Shown here: positions 17,290 through 27,016 of the stretch, piece by piece | How positions within the stretch are numbered: the first letter of the stretch is position 1 | Layout: every line of letters starts with the position of its first letter | Origin: a virus | Taxonomy: Duplodnaviria; Heunggongvirae; Uroviricota; Caudoviricetes | Direction: 5' to 3' (one strand) | Length of the DNA: 43,817 nt | Virus record (IMG/VR): IMGVR_UViG_2558860161_000008 | Span: 1-43,817 of that record | Program-made: the position numbers and the translations under genes | The notes under the pieces: model-generated | The model's input: the letters and a program-made list of their open reading frames with translations, nothing else | What the model was told of the DNA's origin: nothing | Database searches by the model: none

Positions 17290-17589
17290 ATGATTTTTCC
17301 CATTGTGAAGTCTGTCTACATCAACAGCAAAACTGATAGTCGTTTAATACGTTATGATGTTATTCGTACTGACCCCGATACCTACCTCGTCAAAGTTTTC
17401 GATAATCAACAGCGTGGAATTTCGGTACCAGGCCTGATTAGTCAAATTTCCGAGTTCGAAATAACTCGTGCTGCCTATAATGAAAAATATCAGGTGGGTA
17501 ATCGCGTAGTCGTGAAAATGAATGCGGACCCCGGATTTGAAAACACCATTGATGGTGAGTTGCAAGCACATCGAGATAGTTTGTCGTGA
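17290..17589 (+). CDS. Hypothetical protein (99 aa), AT-rich moron
   Basis: ORF preceded by a duplicated ATAAGGATAAAAA element and followed by a terminator. Confidence 0.45.
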   Translation: MIFPIVKSVYINSKTDSRLIRYDVIRTDPDTYLVKVFDNQQRGISVPGLISQISEFEITRAAYNEKYQVGNRVVVKMNADPGFENTIDGELQAHRDSLS

Positions 17590-17616
17590 AAACAACCGCC
17601 TCCGGGCGGTTTTTTG
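17590..17616 (+). terminator. Rho-independent terminator
   Basis: CCGCC-tccg-GGCGG hairpin followed by TTTTTTGTTT. Confidence 0.5.
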
Positions 17617-17637
17617 TTTCTGCATGGGGAAGAAATT

Positions 17638-18276
17638 ATGGCTGCTCTTAAGAACCTTATTCAGCAGTTGAATCAAATGCAAAAGCAAATTCCATTTGCG
17701 ACAGCTCAGGCTATGACCAAAGTTGTACGCCAGATAGAGACGGCACAGAAAACAGCGTTTGAACGTCATCTGGAGAGCCCTACACCGTTTACTGTTAAAT
17801 CAGTTGGTTCGGTTGCTGCGAGAAAGAACAACCTGACCGCAAAGGTTTTTGTCCGTGATACTGCGGCTGGCTATCTGGAACCATTCGAGTTTGGTGGAGA
17901 GCACAAGCTCAATAGCCAGGCTCTTTTGAACCCCAAGAACGTCAAACTGAACAAATACGGCAACATGCCGCGCAATAAGCTCTCACAGCTTAAAGCAAAG
18001 GAAAATGTATTCGTAGGTGAGGTGGATGGCATTAACGCTGTCTGGCAGCGTAAGAAGCCGATGAAAGCTAAGAAGCGACGGGCCAAGCGCTCCGCTAATG
18101 GGACGCGAAGGCCGAAACGTAAACAGCGTTCTCCAAAGCTTTTGATCCGGTTTGGTGATGCGCTACCTGTGACTCCAGTGCTGGGGTATATGGATAGGGC
18201 CCGTACCATGGCGAACGCACTGCTACCGTCTGCTTTAAATCAGGCGATAGCAGAAGCCATCAGGACGGCAAAATAA
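17638..18276 (+). CDS. Hypothetical phage protein with a basic K/R-rich segment
   Basis: ATG at 17638 with GGGGAAG RBS; 212 aa; KKPMKAKKRRAKRSANGTRRPKRKQR stretch suggests nucleic-acid binding. Confidence 0.5.
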   Translation: MAALKNLIQQLNQMQKQIPFATAQAMTKVVRQIETAQKTAFERHLESPTPFTVKSVGSVAARKNNLTAKVFVRDTAAGYLEPFEFGGEHKLNSQALLNPKNVKLNKYGNMPRNKLSQLKAKENVFVGEVDGINAVWQRKKPMKAKKRRAKRSANGTRRPKRKQRSPKLLIRFGDALPVTPVLGYMDRARTMANALLPSALNQAIAEAIRTAK

Positions 18277-18286
18277 AAGCAGTAAC

Positions 18287-18790
18287 TTATAAGTTAATTT
18301 CGCAAGCTTTTATGAAGCTGTTTACTGCAGTTGTCGATCCAGAAACATTGGCTGACATGGAATGCTGGTTTCCGCCATCCTTTGTTTGCACACCAACTAA
18401 CACTTTGGATTTCGCCCCCTGAAGCTGCTTAAGCACTGTTTTTAGTTGGTCCGCGTCATCCGATTGAATCTGGAGGCTCTGAACATTACGTCTTGAAAGG
18501 GTAGCATCGAGCTTCACTGCGGTATTCCCGTCGACCTTCATTATCAGGTCCATTGGTACCTCTGATAGTGATTCGGTGCTTTTATCCATTTCAACGTATG
18601 CCGCCGATAGCTTTTCTTTAGTGCAGTCAAACACAATGGCGCCATTGTCGGATGAAACTTCGCCAAGCATCATTGCTTTCTTACCACCAGAGAAAAGGTC
18701 ATCTTCAGTATTAGTCACCCACTGGGCATGAGCAATTGGTGATGCCAGCACTGCGGCTACGAAAGTTATTTTGATTATATTGTTACCCAT
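18287..18790 (-). CDS. Secreted/periplasmic hypothetical protein (signal peptide), reverse-oriented moron
   Basis: ATG at 18788-18790 with AAGGAG RBS; N-terminal MGNNIIKITFVAAVLASPIAHA signal peptide; occupies the lambda bor-like position between lysis and packaging genes. Confidence 0.55.
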   Translation of the reverse strand: MGNNIIKITFVAAVLASPIAHAQWVTNTEDDLFSGGKKAMMLGEVSSDNGAIVFDCTKEKLSAAYVEMDKSTESLSEVPMDLIMKVDGNTAVKLDATLSRRNVQSLQIQSDDADQLKTVLKQLQGAKSKVLVGVQTKDGGNQHSMSANVSGSTTAVNSFIKACEINL

Positions 18791-18933
18791 TACATTCTCC
18801 TTGTATTGAATAGGAATAATCATAGTCGGAGCGAATGGTCGAAGCCATTAAAAAAATGGGTCCTTCCTGAGACTTTTGTAAGGTACGGGCATTGCGCGCC
18901 GCGGTGTTTTCCTAGCTACAACTTTCAGATTTG

Positions 18934-19081
18934 TGTCCCATGTCCCACCTCTGGCGATCATTACGGACACCTCGCCAGCTCTGGCTATTCCAGTTTATTC
19001 CAGTGGGACATTCTGGTGGGACATGGCAAAAATGTCCCAGGCGAATGTCCCACCCCAGAAAATGTCCCAGGTGATGTCCCA
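18934..19081. repeat. Array of 8 TGTCCCA/TGGGACA heptamer repeats (candidate terminase-binding cosB-like site)
   Basis: Copies at 18934, 18941, 19004 (rev), 19017 (rev), 19033, 19045, 19063, 19075; the last overlaps the small terminase start codon. Confidence 0.6.
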
Positions 19082-19650
19082 TGACCACGATGAACCAGAG
19101 TCAGTACGCACAACATTCAGGTGTGGATCGCAAAACAATTGGTCGGTGGATTAAAGCCGGGCGCTTCATTGTGATGGACGGAGACCTGATTGACGTAGAG
19201 GCCAGCGATGCGGCATTGAAGAAAAACCGCGATGGCAAAGACCCGCGCGCCTCGAACGCGAAGAAAAAGAAAACTCCCGTCGTTAGCGATAACGATGATG
19301 ACGGTGATGAAATCAATAAAACTGTCCGCCAGATAATGCTCACTGAAGGGGCAGATCTTTCGAGAGAGGAAGCGGGACGTATCCGCGAGAATTACATGGC
19401 CCTGCAGGCAAAGCTGCAGTATGAAAAAGACAGCGGCCAGCTTATTGAGCTGACAGCAGCCGAGGAGGTTTTATTCAACGCCTTTCGCCAACAGCGTGAT
19501 GCCTGGCTTAACTGGCCGTCCAGGGTGGCGCCGCTAATGGCTGCTGATCTGGATGTACCGGCGGACAGGATGACAGAGGTGCTGATTGAACATGTCCACA
19601 AACACATCTCAGTCCTCGGAGAGCCAGAGTTTAACCCGGCAGAAGATTGA
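19081..19650 (+). CDS. Terminase small subunit (Nu1-like)
   Basis: 189 aa; N-terminal HTH-like segment, acidic middle, position before the large terminase with overlapping ends. Confidence 0.7.
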   Translation: MTTMNQSQYAQHSGVDRKTIGRWIKAGRFIVMDGDLIDVEASDAALKKNRDGKDPRASNAKKKKTPVVSDNDDDGDEINKTVRQIMLTEGADLSREEAGRIRENYMALQAKLQYEKDSGQLIELTAAEEVLFNAFRQQRDAWLNWPSRVAPLMAADLDVPADRMTEVLIEHVHKHISVLGEPEFNPAED

Positions 19651-21715
19651 GCGTCTTGAATTAAGCGTCCGCAAAGGCTGGACACCCCCGCCGCGTATCA
19701 GTGTGCCGCAGTGGGCAGATGACTATCGTAAGCTGGCAAAAGAGGCTGGGAGCACTTCGGGAAACTGGGAAACATCGACGGTAGAAATTGCCCGCGGACC
19801 GATGCTTGCCGCGACGGAGTCCGGGGTTCATATCATCACTGTAATGTGCTGTACCCAGTTGATGAAGACAGCACTGCTGGAAAACCTTTTTGGCTATTTT
19901 GCCCACCTCGATCCTTGTCCGATACTGCTGCTGCAGCCGAAAGAAGAAGCCGCTGAACAGTTTTCGAAAGAGCGTATTAGCCCGCTGGTAAGGGTGACGC
20001 CGGTACTGCGTAAAATCATCGGTGATTCGAAACAGAAAAGCTCGAAAGAAACCATTCTTTACAAGGCGTTCACTGGCGGATTTCTGGCGCTGGCGGGTGC
20101 TGGTAGCCCTGATAACCTTGCGCGTCGTCCGATTCGTGTCCTGCTGGCGGATGAAGTGGACAAGTACCCGATAACCCGCGAAGGCGATCCAATTGCGCTG
20201 GCCGAAGAGCGTACAGCGACATTTGGCCTGACCTGGCTGTCTGTACGCGCCTGTTCGCCGACGGTGGAGGATGAGAGCCGCATTGCTGACAGCTACGCCG
20301 ACTCCGATCAGCGCCGGGCATCTGTGGTTTGCCCGCACTGTGGCCACCGCCAGTTCCCCGACTTTTTCAAACACGTTCAGTGGCCGAAAGAGGGAGATAA
20401 ACACCTGACTAAATCGGCGATGCTCTATTGCGAATGCTGTGGTAGTGGCTGGTCCGAAGGACAGCGCCTCAGAGCTCTGCAAACTATTCGATGGCATCAG
20501 ACGCGCCCATTTGAGTGCTGCGGGGAGCGGCACTCACCGCTGATGGATTATGACCTTGCCTGGCGGGCGGCAGACGAGGGCAGCGTTGAAAAGGTCTGGC
20601 AATGGTCAGAGTCGGAACGGCATGCGGTCTATCGCGCAATCTGCCCCTCCTGTGGAAAGGAGGCAGTCGATAACCACCACGCGGGGTACCAGGCATCCAA
20701 GCTTTTCAGCCCCTGGCAAAAAGATAAGCCGTCGGATATTGCGAAAAAATATATCGATGCGAAGGGCGATCCGGATAAGGAACAGGCGTGGTGGAATACC
20801 CAGATGGGGCTTCCGCACCGACCTAATCATGGGAAACAGCTCCCTGTTGATGTTCTGCTGGCGCGCCGGGAAATATTTCCGGCCGTCGTTCCGGACGGGG
20901 TGGCATTGTTAACAGCTGGAGTTGATACCCAGGACGATCGCTTCGAAATTACGATCACCGGCTGGGGGAGAGATGAAGAATCGTGGTCGGTCGCGCATGA
21001 CGTTATTTATGGTGACCTTGAGACGGAAGAACCCTGGAAGCGACTGGATGCATACCTGAAACAGATCTGGCGACGTGGTGACGGGCGCGGCCTGAATATC
21101 ATGGCAACGTGCATGGACTCCGGTGGCCACCATACGCAGAAGGTATACGAATTCGCCAAAGAGCGTCTTGGCCGTCGTGTCTGGGCAATTAAGGGGGAGT
21201 CTGCACAGGGAGGTAAACGCAATCCTGTCTGGCCGACCAAACGACCATCATCGAAAAGCAAAGCCAGTTTCCGCCCTGTCATTCTGGGGGTTAACTCAGC
21301 GAAAGACGTGATACGCGGTCGCCTGCATCTTGAGCCACCCAAACCTGGCGCCGCCGCTGCGGGTTATATGCATTTTCCTGACGATCGCGATCTCGGGTAC
21401 TTCAATCAGCTGCTGGCGGAGCGACTGGTTTACAAAGTCATTTCCGGGCAGCGGTACAGTATCTGGGAAGCAATACCAGGACGAGCTAACGAAGCGCTTG
21501 ACTGCCTCGTTTACAGCTATGCCGCGCTGTGCGGTCTCAAACATATGGGGTTAAAACTCAACGTCCGGGCCGCCAACCTCGAAGCCGATCCGGATAAGTT
21601 CCTGCCAGCGCCAGTTGGACAGGAAGAAAAAATCAATTACGAGCTGCCGGGTGCGGTTATTGAAGAACCAGCGCCGGTCAAACGTAAGCGAATATCGCAA
21701 CTCCTGCCGAAATAA
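19586..21715 (+). CDS. Terminase large subunit (lambda gpA-like)
   Basis: 709-aa ORF with lambda-A-like layout; overlaps the 3' end of the small subunit gene. Confidence 0.85.
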   Translation: MNMSTNTSQSSESQSLTRQKIERLELSVRKGWTPPPRISVPQWADDYRKLAKEAGSTSGNWETSTVEIARGPMLAATESGVHIITVMCCTQLMKTALLENLFGYFAHLDPCPILLLQPKEEAAEQFSKERISPLVRVTPVLRKIIGDSKQKSSKETILYKAFTGGFLALAGAGSPDNLARRPIRVLLADEVDKYPITREGDPIALAEERTATFGLTWLSVRACSPTVEDESRIADSYADSDQRRASVVCPHCGHRQFPDFFKHVQWPKEGDKHLTKSAMLYCECCGSGWSEGQRLRALQTIRWHQTRPFECCGERHSPLMDYDLAWRAADEGSVEKVWQWSESERHAVYRAICPSCGKEAVDNHHAGYQASKLFSPWQKDKPSDIAKKYIDAKGDPDKEQAWWNTQMGLPHRPNHGKQLPVDVLLARREIFPAVVPDGVALLTAGVDTQDDRFEITITGWGRDEESWSVAHDVIYGDLETEEPWKRLDAYLKQIWRRGDGRGLNIMATCMDSGGHHTQKVYEFAKERLGRRVWAIKGESAQGGKRNPVWPTKRPSSKSKASFRPVILGVNSAKDVIRGRLHLEPPKPGAAAAGYMHFPDDRDLGYFNQLLAERLVYKVISGQRYSIWEAIPGRANEALDCLVYSYAALCGLKHMGLKLNVRAANLEADPDKFLPAPVGQEEKINYELPGAVIEEPAPVKRKRISQLLPK

Positions 21716-21723
21716 GGAAAATC

Positions 21724-21987
21724 ATGTTCAACCGGAACACCAGCCTGCTTGCCGGCGCAATGACTGACGATCAGCTCAGGGATGCGCTTGCGAAAGCTCA
21801 GCAGGCGTACATTGATTTAGCAACCGGGAGCCACGGTGTTTCGTTTTCCTATACGCAGGGAGACGGGACGCGATCAGTGTCCTATCAGCAAAGCACCCTG
21901 GCTGATCTGCTGGCCCTGATTCAACTTCTGCAGGCGCAACTGGGGATTATCTCTCGTCCCCGGAAACCAGCGAGGTTTAGATTCTGA
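21724..21987 (+). CDS. Head-tail joining protein (gpW-like)
   Basis: 87-aa ORF between terminase and portal genes; resembles gpW family. Confidence 0.6.
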   Translation: MFNRNTSLLAGAMTDDQLRDALAKAQQAYIDLATGSHGVSFSYTQGDGTRSVSYQQSTLADLLALIQLLQAQLGIISRPRKPARFRF

Positions 21988-23624
21988 TGAATAAAGTACA
22001 GATACTGGGCTCTGATGGGCAGCCGTTGCGACAGCAGCGTCCCTCTATGCTGGTGGGGGGGAGCCGCGTACCTTATGACGCAGCTGACTCTTTCAGCGAT
22101 CAACTGGCGAACTGGCAACCCGCGCTGTGGTCCCCGGACAATGAAATTAACATTTACCGGGATCGCATCGTGTCCCGCGCACGCGATCTGGTCCGTAATG
22201 ACGGCTGGGCAAACGGTGCGGTCACACGTCTGCTGGATAATGCGGTTGGTGCCAACTTCCGCCCCATCATGAAACCCGATTACCGTGTTCTCAGAATGAT
22301 CACCGGAAACAAGGCGTTTGATGCGTCCTGGGCGGAAGAGTACGGAAAAGCACTGGACGGGCACTGGCGGACCTGGAGTAACGATCCTGGCCGGTATTGT
22401 GATGTTGAACGAAAACTCACCGTGTCGCAGATGTTACGCCTGGGATTTCGTCACAAGCTTATTGACGGGGATGCTCTGGCCATTCTCCAGTACAGAACTG
22501 ACAGGCTTGGTCCCGGAAGAGGGCGTTACGCCACCACGGTACAGATTGTCGATCCTGACCGCCTCAGTAATCCTCAGCAGAATTTCGATATGCCAAATGT
22601 CCGTGGTGGCGTTGAAATTGATGCGGACGGTGCGCCGGTTGCTTACCACATCAGGGAGGCCCATATCGGTGACTGGTGGAGCGGGGCTAAAACCATGACG
22701 TGGCAGCGTATCCCGCGTGAAACTGACTGGGGCCGCCCGCATGTGGTTCACGATTTTGATCATGAGCGTGGCGCGCAGCACCGTGGTAACGGCATCCTGA
22801 CTCCGGTTATTCAGCGTCTGAAAATGCTGGTGAAGTATGACCAGAGTGAGCTTGAGGCAGCAATTCTTAATGCCATATTTGCCGCTTACATTGAGTCACC
22901 CTATGACCCTGCGATGGTTCAGTCTGCCCTGGGCGAGACCTATGACGAGTCGGAGTTAGGCACTTATCAGGACGGGCGTGTTGAGTTCCATAACGATCGG
23001 CGTCTGACACTTCAGAATGGTGCCCGAATGCCCATTCTTTATCCTGGTGAGAAAATCACGACGGTTAACGCGGCGCGGCCCTACAGCAATTTTGAAGTCT
23101 TCGAATCTGCTGTTCTCCGTAATTTTTCTTCAGGAACAGGGTTGTCCCCACAGCAGGTCACCCAGGACTGGTCTGACGTTAACTACAGTTCTGCACGCTC
23201 CTCGTTGCTGGAGGCATGGAAAACACTGACTCGCCGCCGGGACGATTTTTCTACCGGCTTCGCTCAGCCCATTCTCACCGCCTTTGTTGAAGAAGTTCAC
23301 GACAATGAGGATTTACCCCTGCCCGCAGGCGCACCTGATTTTGTTGACGCCAGAGCCGCGTATTCTCGCGCGCGCTGGATGGGGCCAGGGCGCGGCTGGG
23401 TGGATCCGGTTGCAGAGAAAAAAGGCGCCATTCTTGGTCTGGATGCCGGACTTTCCACCCTCGAGATTGAGGTGGGTGAAAACGTCGGTGAAGACTGGGA
23501 AGAAGTGCTTGATCAGCGCCAGAGAGAAATTGAGTCATGTCTTAAACGCGGATTACCGCTTCCGAGCTGGGCACAGGCTGACCAGTTTGCGAGCCAGACC
23601 ATTACCGATCCGGAGGAAAAGTGA
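21987..23624 (+). CDS. Portal protein (lambda gpB-like)
   Basis: 545-aa ORF, ATGA-coupled to the W-like gene. Confidence 0.8.
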   Translation: MNKVQILGSDGQPLRQQRPSMLVGGSRVPYDAADSFSDQLANWQPALWSPDNEINIYRDRIVSRARDLVRNDGWANGAVTRLLDNAVGANFRPIMKPDYRVLRMITGNKAFDASWAEEYGKALDGHWRTWSNDPGRYCDVERKLTVSQMLRLGFRHKLIDGDALAILQYRTDRLGPGRGRYATTVQIVDPDRLSNPQQNFDMPNVRGGVEIDADGAPVAYHIREAHIGDWWSGAKTMTWQRIPRETDWGRPHVVHDFDHERGAQHRGNGILTPVIQRLKMLVKYDQSELEAAILNAIFAAYIESPYDPAMVQSALGETYDESELGTYQDGRVEFHNDRRLTLQNGARMPILYPGEKITTVNAARPYSNFEVFESAVLRNFSSGTGLSPQQVTQDWSDVNYSSARSSLLEAWKTLTRRRDDFSTGFAQPILTAFVEEVHDNEDLPLPAGAPDFVDARAAYSRARWMGPGRGWVDPVAEKKGAILGLDAGLSTLEIEVGENVGEDWEEVLDQRQREIESCLKRGLPLPSWAQADQFASQTITDPEEK

Positions 23625-24487
23625 ATCTACCCCATCTGGCCCAGCGATTATTTAACACCCCGCTGGCGCTGCACCCGAGTAAAGCCGAAGTCATCATGGC
23701 ATCCGTAATGGACCGATTTGGTATCAGTAAAATCGAATCTTCTCTTGCCATGGAGGATGACTGGTACGGATATGACGATAACCGGGGACGTGAATCCCGT
23801 AGTGATCCGGGTTATGACAATGTGCTGGGTGTCGCCGTCATCCCGATATGCGGAACGCTGGTGCAAAAACTGGGCAGTCTGCGTCCGTACAGTGGAATGA
23901 CAGGGTATGACGGCATTCGTCAGGCGTTTCTTACTGCGATGGAAGATCCCGACATTTCGGGCATTTGCCTGGATATCGACTCACCCGGCGGCGAGGTCGC
24001 TGGATGCTTCGATCTGGTTGATGTCATTTACGGCTCCCGGGGGAAAAAGCCTATCCATGCCATTCTGACGGAAAGCGCTTATTCCGCTGCGTATGCCATT
24101 GCCAGTGCAGCGGACCGGATTTCTGTTCCGCGCACCGGCGGAGTGGGTTCTGTGGGTGTGATCACCATGCACCTTGACTGGACGCAGCGGATTAAAGATG
24201 ACGGTCTTAAAGTTACGATCATCACCTATGGATCCCGCAAGGCTGAAGGTTCGCCGCTGAGAGAGTTGTCAGATGAAGCTCTGGCCGCCATCCAGCAGGA
24301 CATTAACACCATGGGCGAATTGTTTGTGAACACTGTTGCCAGAAACCGGGGGATTAGCGCAAAGGTTATAAAAAGTACCCAGGCCGCCTGTTTTATGGCT
24401 GCTGATGGCGTTGAAATTGGACTGGCTGATGAGGTGTGTCCTCCTGACGCTGCGTTCAAAAACTTACTTGAAAAAACAGGAGCCTGA
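23621..24487 (+). CDS. Head maturation protease (S49/ClpP-like, lambda gpC-like)
   Basis: 288 aa; GTG start with GGAGG RBS; S49 peptidase-like core. Confidence 0.75.
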   Translation: MNLPHLAQRLFNTPLALHPSKAEVIMASVMDRFGISKIESSLAMEDDWYGYDDNRGRESRSDPGYDNVLGVAVIPICGTLVQKLGSLRPYSGMTGYDGIRQAFLTAMEDPDISGICLDIDSPGGEVAGCFDLVDVIYGSRGKKPIHAILTESAYSAAYAIASAADRISVPRTGGVGSVGVITMHLDWTQRIKDDGLKVTIITYGSRKAEGSPLRELSDEALAAIQQDINTMGELFVNTVARNRGISAKVIKSTQAACFMAADGVEIGLADEVCPPDAAFKNLLEKTGA

Positions 24488-24488
24488 A

Positions 24489-25079
24489 ATGGCAAAGAAA
24501 AAGACGTTTAGTTTTGCTCACCTCATTGGTCTTGGCCCTTCCGCTTCTGAGGAAGAAGAGGATAAAAAAGCCAAAAAAGCGAAAGCCCGTCGCGCGGAAG
24601 AGGACGAGCGCGAAGATGATGCCGATGATGATGAGCGCGACGACGACGCGGAAGAAGACGAACGCGACGATGATGCTGAAGATGACTGCGATGATCCGGA
24701 TGCGTCAGAAGATGATGATTCTGAAGACGACGGCGACGACGATCGCAAAGAGAGTAAGGCGGTAAAAAATGCACGCGCTGCTGAGCGTAAACGCTGCGCC
24801 CGTATTTTCGGCAGTAAGCATGCAGCTGCGAATCCTTCACTGGCCGCGTCACTGGCTTTCAATACCGGGATGAGTTCTGCGGCAGCAATTAATGTCCTAG
24901 CCTCTTCGGCTCCGGCCGCAGCCGCATCTCAGCCATCCCGTAAACGCTCTCTCGATCAGCGTATGCAGGAAAGCCACCAGGTCCGGCTTAATCCGGATAG
25001 CGGACAGAAAGAGACCGGAAAGTCTGCGCTGGTAAGTAAAATGACCGGCCTCTACAACTCCACAAGAGGAGAGAAATAA
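24489..25079 (+). CDS. Scaffold-like protein with a long acidic D/E-rich low-complexity tract (Nu3 position)
   Basis: ATG at 24489 after protease stop; 196 aa; between protease and decoration genes. Confidence 0.5.
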   Translation: MAKKKTFSFAHLIGLGPSASEEEEDKKAKKAKARRAEEDEREDDADDDERDDDAEEDERDDDAEDDCDDPDASEDDDSEDDGDDDRKESKAVKNARAAERKRCARIFGSKHAAANPSLAASLAFNTGMSSAAAINVLASSAPAAAASQPSRKRSLDQRMQESHQVRLNPDSGQKETGKSALVSKMTGLYNSTRGEK

Positions 25080-25483
25080 TGGATCAGTTTGGTCAGAATG
25101 CGTTTGCGCCTGGCATGAAGAGCGCGCTGTTTGTTCCGGATCAGCTTGTCGCTGGCACGCTCCAGCTGGTGACTGACACCGGGATCATTACGGGCGGTGC
25201 CTTTAAGCGTGGTACTGTCCTGGGCCTGGTGGCTGCCAGCGGGAAATACACGCAATGTGTGAAAACGGCTGAAGATGGCAGTCAGTTACCCGTTGCTATT
25301 CTGGTTGATGATGTTGATGCATCGTCTTTCGATCAGAACGGCGGCCTGTATCTGATGGGGGAATTCAACCAGCACCGAATTATTTTTGATAACTCCTGGA
25401 CGACCGCTGACCTGAAAAAAGCGCTCCGACCGCTGGCTATCTTCCTGAAAGACAGTGACCAGGCACCTGTAACCACCTCCTGA
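25079..25483 (+). CDS. Head decoration protein (gpD-like)
   Basis: 134-aa ORF directly upstream of the major capsid gene. Confidence 0.6.
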   Translation: MDQFGQNAFAPGMKSALFVPDQLVAGTLQLVTDTGIITGGAFKRGTVLGLVAASGKYTQCVKTAEDGSQLPVAILVDDVDASSFDQNGGLYLMGEFNQHRIIFDNSWTTADLKKALRPLAIFLKDSDQAPVTTS

Positions 25484-25580
25484 TTTCCCCCACGGCTCTC
25501 CTGACGAATGCTTTAACCGGCAGGGGCTGGCTCGTTTAAATTTTTTGCCAGCTGCGGCTGGCACTATCAAGAGACTGAAT

Positions 25581-26630
25581 ATGGAAAATATTTTTGATAC
25601 CAGCGTGCTGGTGCAGGTTGTTCCTAACCTGAAAACCAGTCAGAACTGGCTGCTCGATCGCTTCTTCCCGAATGTCGTAACTTACGAGACTGAAGAAGTG
25701 GCGATTGATGTTGATGTCGGCCTGCGTCGTATGGCGCCGTTCGTCTCCCCGCTGGTGGAAGGTAAGCTGGTCGAATCCCGTAAATACCAGACCAATACCT
25801 TCAAACCGGCATACATCAAAGATAAGCGCGCGCCGGACCTGCGCAAACCTATCCGCCGCCAGATTGGTGAGCGTATTGGCGGGGAATATACCGCTGCCGA
25901 GCGCGAAATGCTGAACCTTCAGTTTGAAATGACTGACCAGATTGACATGATCAACCGTCGTCTGGAATGGATGGCGGCGAGTGCGCTGGTGTCTGGGACC
26001 GTAACCGTCGCCGGGGAGGGCTATGAAACTCAGGTGGTGGATTTCGGGCGTGCTTCGGATCTGACCATCACTCTTAGCGGCTCGGATAAATGGCCACTGA
26101 CCGTTGCAGCTGGCGCTACCAATACCCAGCCATCAGATGACATTGAAATCTGGCAGACTACTTTCCTGAAAGAGTCCGGCTCTGTCGCCACGGATCTGGT
26201 CTTTACGAATAAGTCATGGCGTGCATTCCGACTGGATACCACCATCAAGGATAACGCCATTACATTCCCGGCGCTGAGCCCGTTTGGTAACCAGATTAAC
26301 GCCGGCCCACAGGTAATGAAGGGCGCAATTTATAAAGGGCGCTGGGGTAACTTTGACCTCTGGTTATATAACGACTGGTTTATTGACCCGCTGGATAACG
26401 TCGAGAAGCCTATGATCCCCGATGGCGCTGTCATTATGAGTGGTGCCGATCTGATGGGTACCCGCGCCTTTGGCGTTATCCTGGACCCGGCTTTCAACTA
26501 CGGTCCGCTGGCTTATGCGCCAAAATCCTGGGTGAAAGAAGATCCAGCCCAGCGTCTTATCCTGATGCAATCCTCCCCGCTGGTTATTCCGAGCCGGGTA
26601 AATGCATCCCTCTGCGCAACGGTGGTCTGA
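25581..26630 (+). CDS. Major capsid protein (lambda gpE-like)
   Basis: 349 aa from internal ATG at 25581; gene order C-Nu3-D-E. Confidence 0.8.
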   Translation: MENIFDTSVLVQVVPNLKTSQNWLLDRFFPNVVTYETEEVAIDVDVGLRRMAPFVSPLVEGKLVESRKYQTNTFKPAYIKDKRAPDLRKPIRRQIGERIGGEYTAAEREMLNLQFEMTDQIDMINRRLEWMAASALVSGTVTVAGEGYETQVVDFGRASDLTITLSGSDKWPLTVAAGATNTQPSDDIEIWQTTFLKESGSVATDLVFTNKSWRAFRLDTTIKDNAITFPALSPFGNQINAGPQVMKGAIYKGRWGNFDLWLYNDWFIDPLDNVEKPMIPDGAVIMSGADLMGTRAFGVILDPAFNYGPLAYAPKSWVKEDPAQRLILMQSSPLVIPSRVNASLCATVV

Positions 26631-26631
26631 T

Positions 26632-27012
26632 ATGGCAAAACAACCTAATACCGGGCTGGCTGATGATCTGAATGCAGAAGGATCTGCCAAAGACGGCCTG
26701 AGCGTTGACGACCTGAATGCTGGCGATAACACCCAGGAAAAACAGCCTTTGAGCAAAACAGATGATGCCGAATTGTCTGTTGATGACGATGGTGGTGACG
26801 AAAAATCCGGAGACACTGAATCGCAGGAGTATGTGGTGTTGAAAGGGAATTGCATTCGTCATGACGGGGAGATGTACCGCGAAAATATGCGCATCCCTGT
26901 AACCGGCAAAGATGCTGAGCGTCTTCTGCAGTCCGGCGTTATTGCTGATGTTGATGTGCTTCGTAAGCGAGTTCTTGCTTCTCAGCCATCAGTTTCAGTT
27001 ACGACAGGGTAA
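26632..27012 (+). CDS. Hypothetical head-associated protein, acidic N-terminal half
   Basis: ATG at 26632 directly after capsid stop; 126 aa. Confidence 0.5.
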   Translation: MAKQPNTGLADDLNAEGSAKDGLSVDDLNAGDNTQEKQPLSKTDDAELSVDDDGGDEKSGDTESQEYVVLKGNCIRHDGEMYRENMRIPVTGKDAERLLQSGVIADVDVLRKRVLASQPSVSVTTG

Positions 27013-27016
27013 TGAC

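Noticed and set aside
18934-19081. Possible CRISPR array
   Set aside because: Repeats are only 7 bp, irregularly spaced, in both orientations and with no cas genes; more consistent with protein-binding sites.
19661-20533. 290-aa minus-strand ORF antisense to the large terminase gene, and similar antisense ORFs 36711..37439 and 42398..42961
   Set aside because: Each lies fully inside a well-supported gene on the opposite strand with biased Arg-rich composition; typical GC-rich antisense artefacts.
24514-24862. Three overlapping ORFs in other frames across the acidic scaffold tract
   Set aside because: Products of the repetitive GAT/GAC/GAA-rich DNA; only the frame starting at 24489 has an RBS and fits the gene order.
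25484-25580. Hairpin CCAGC-tgcg-GCTGG between decoration and capsid genes as a terminator
   Set aside because: Short stem with the T-run upstream rather than downstream; insufficient evidence to call a terminator.
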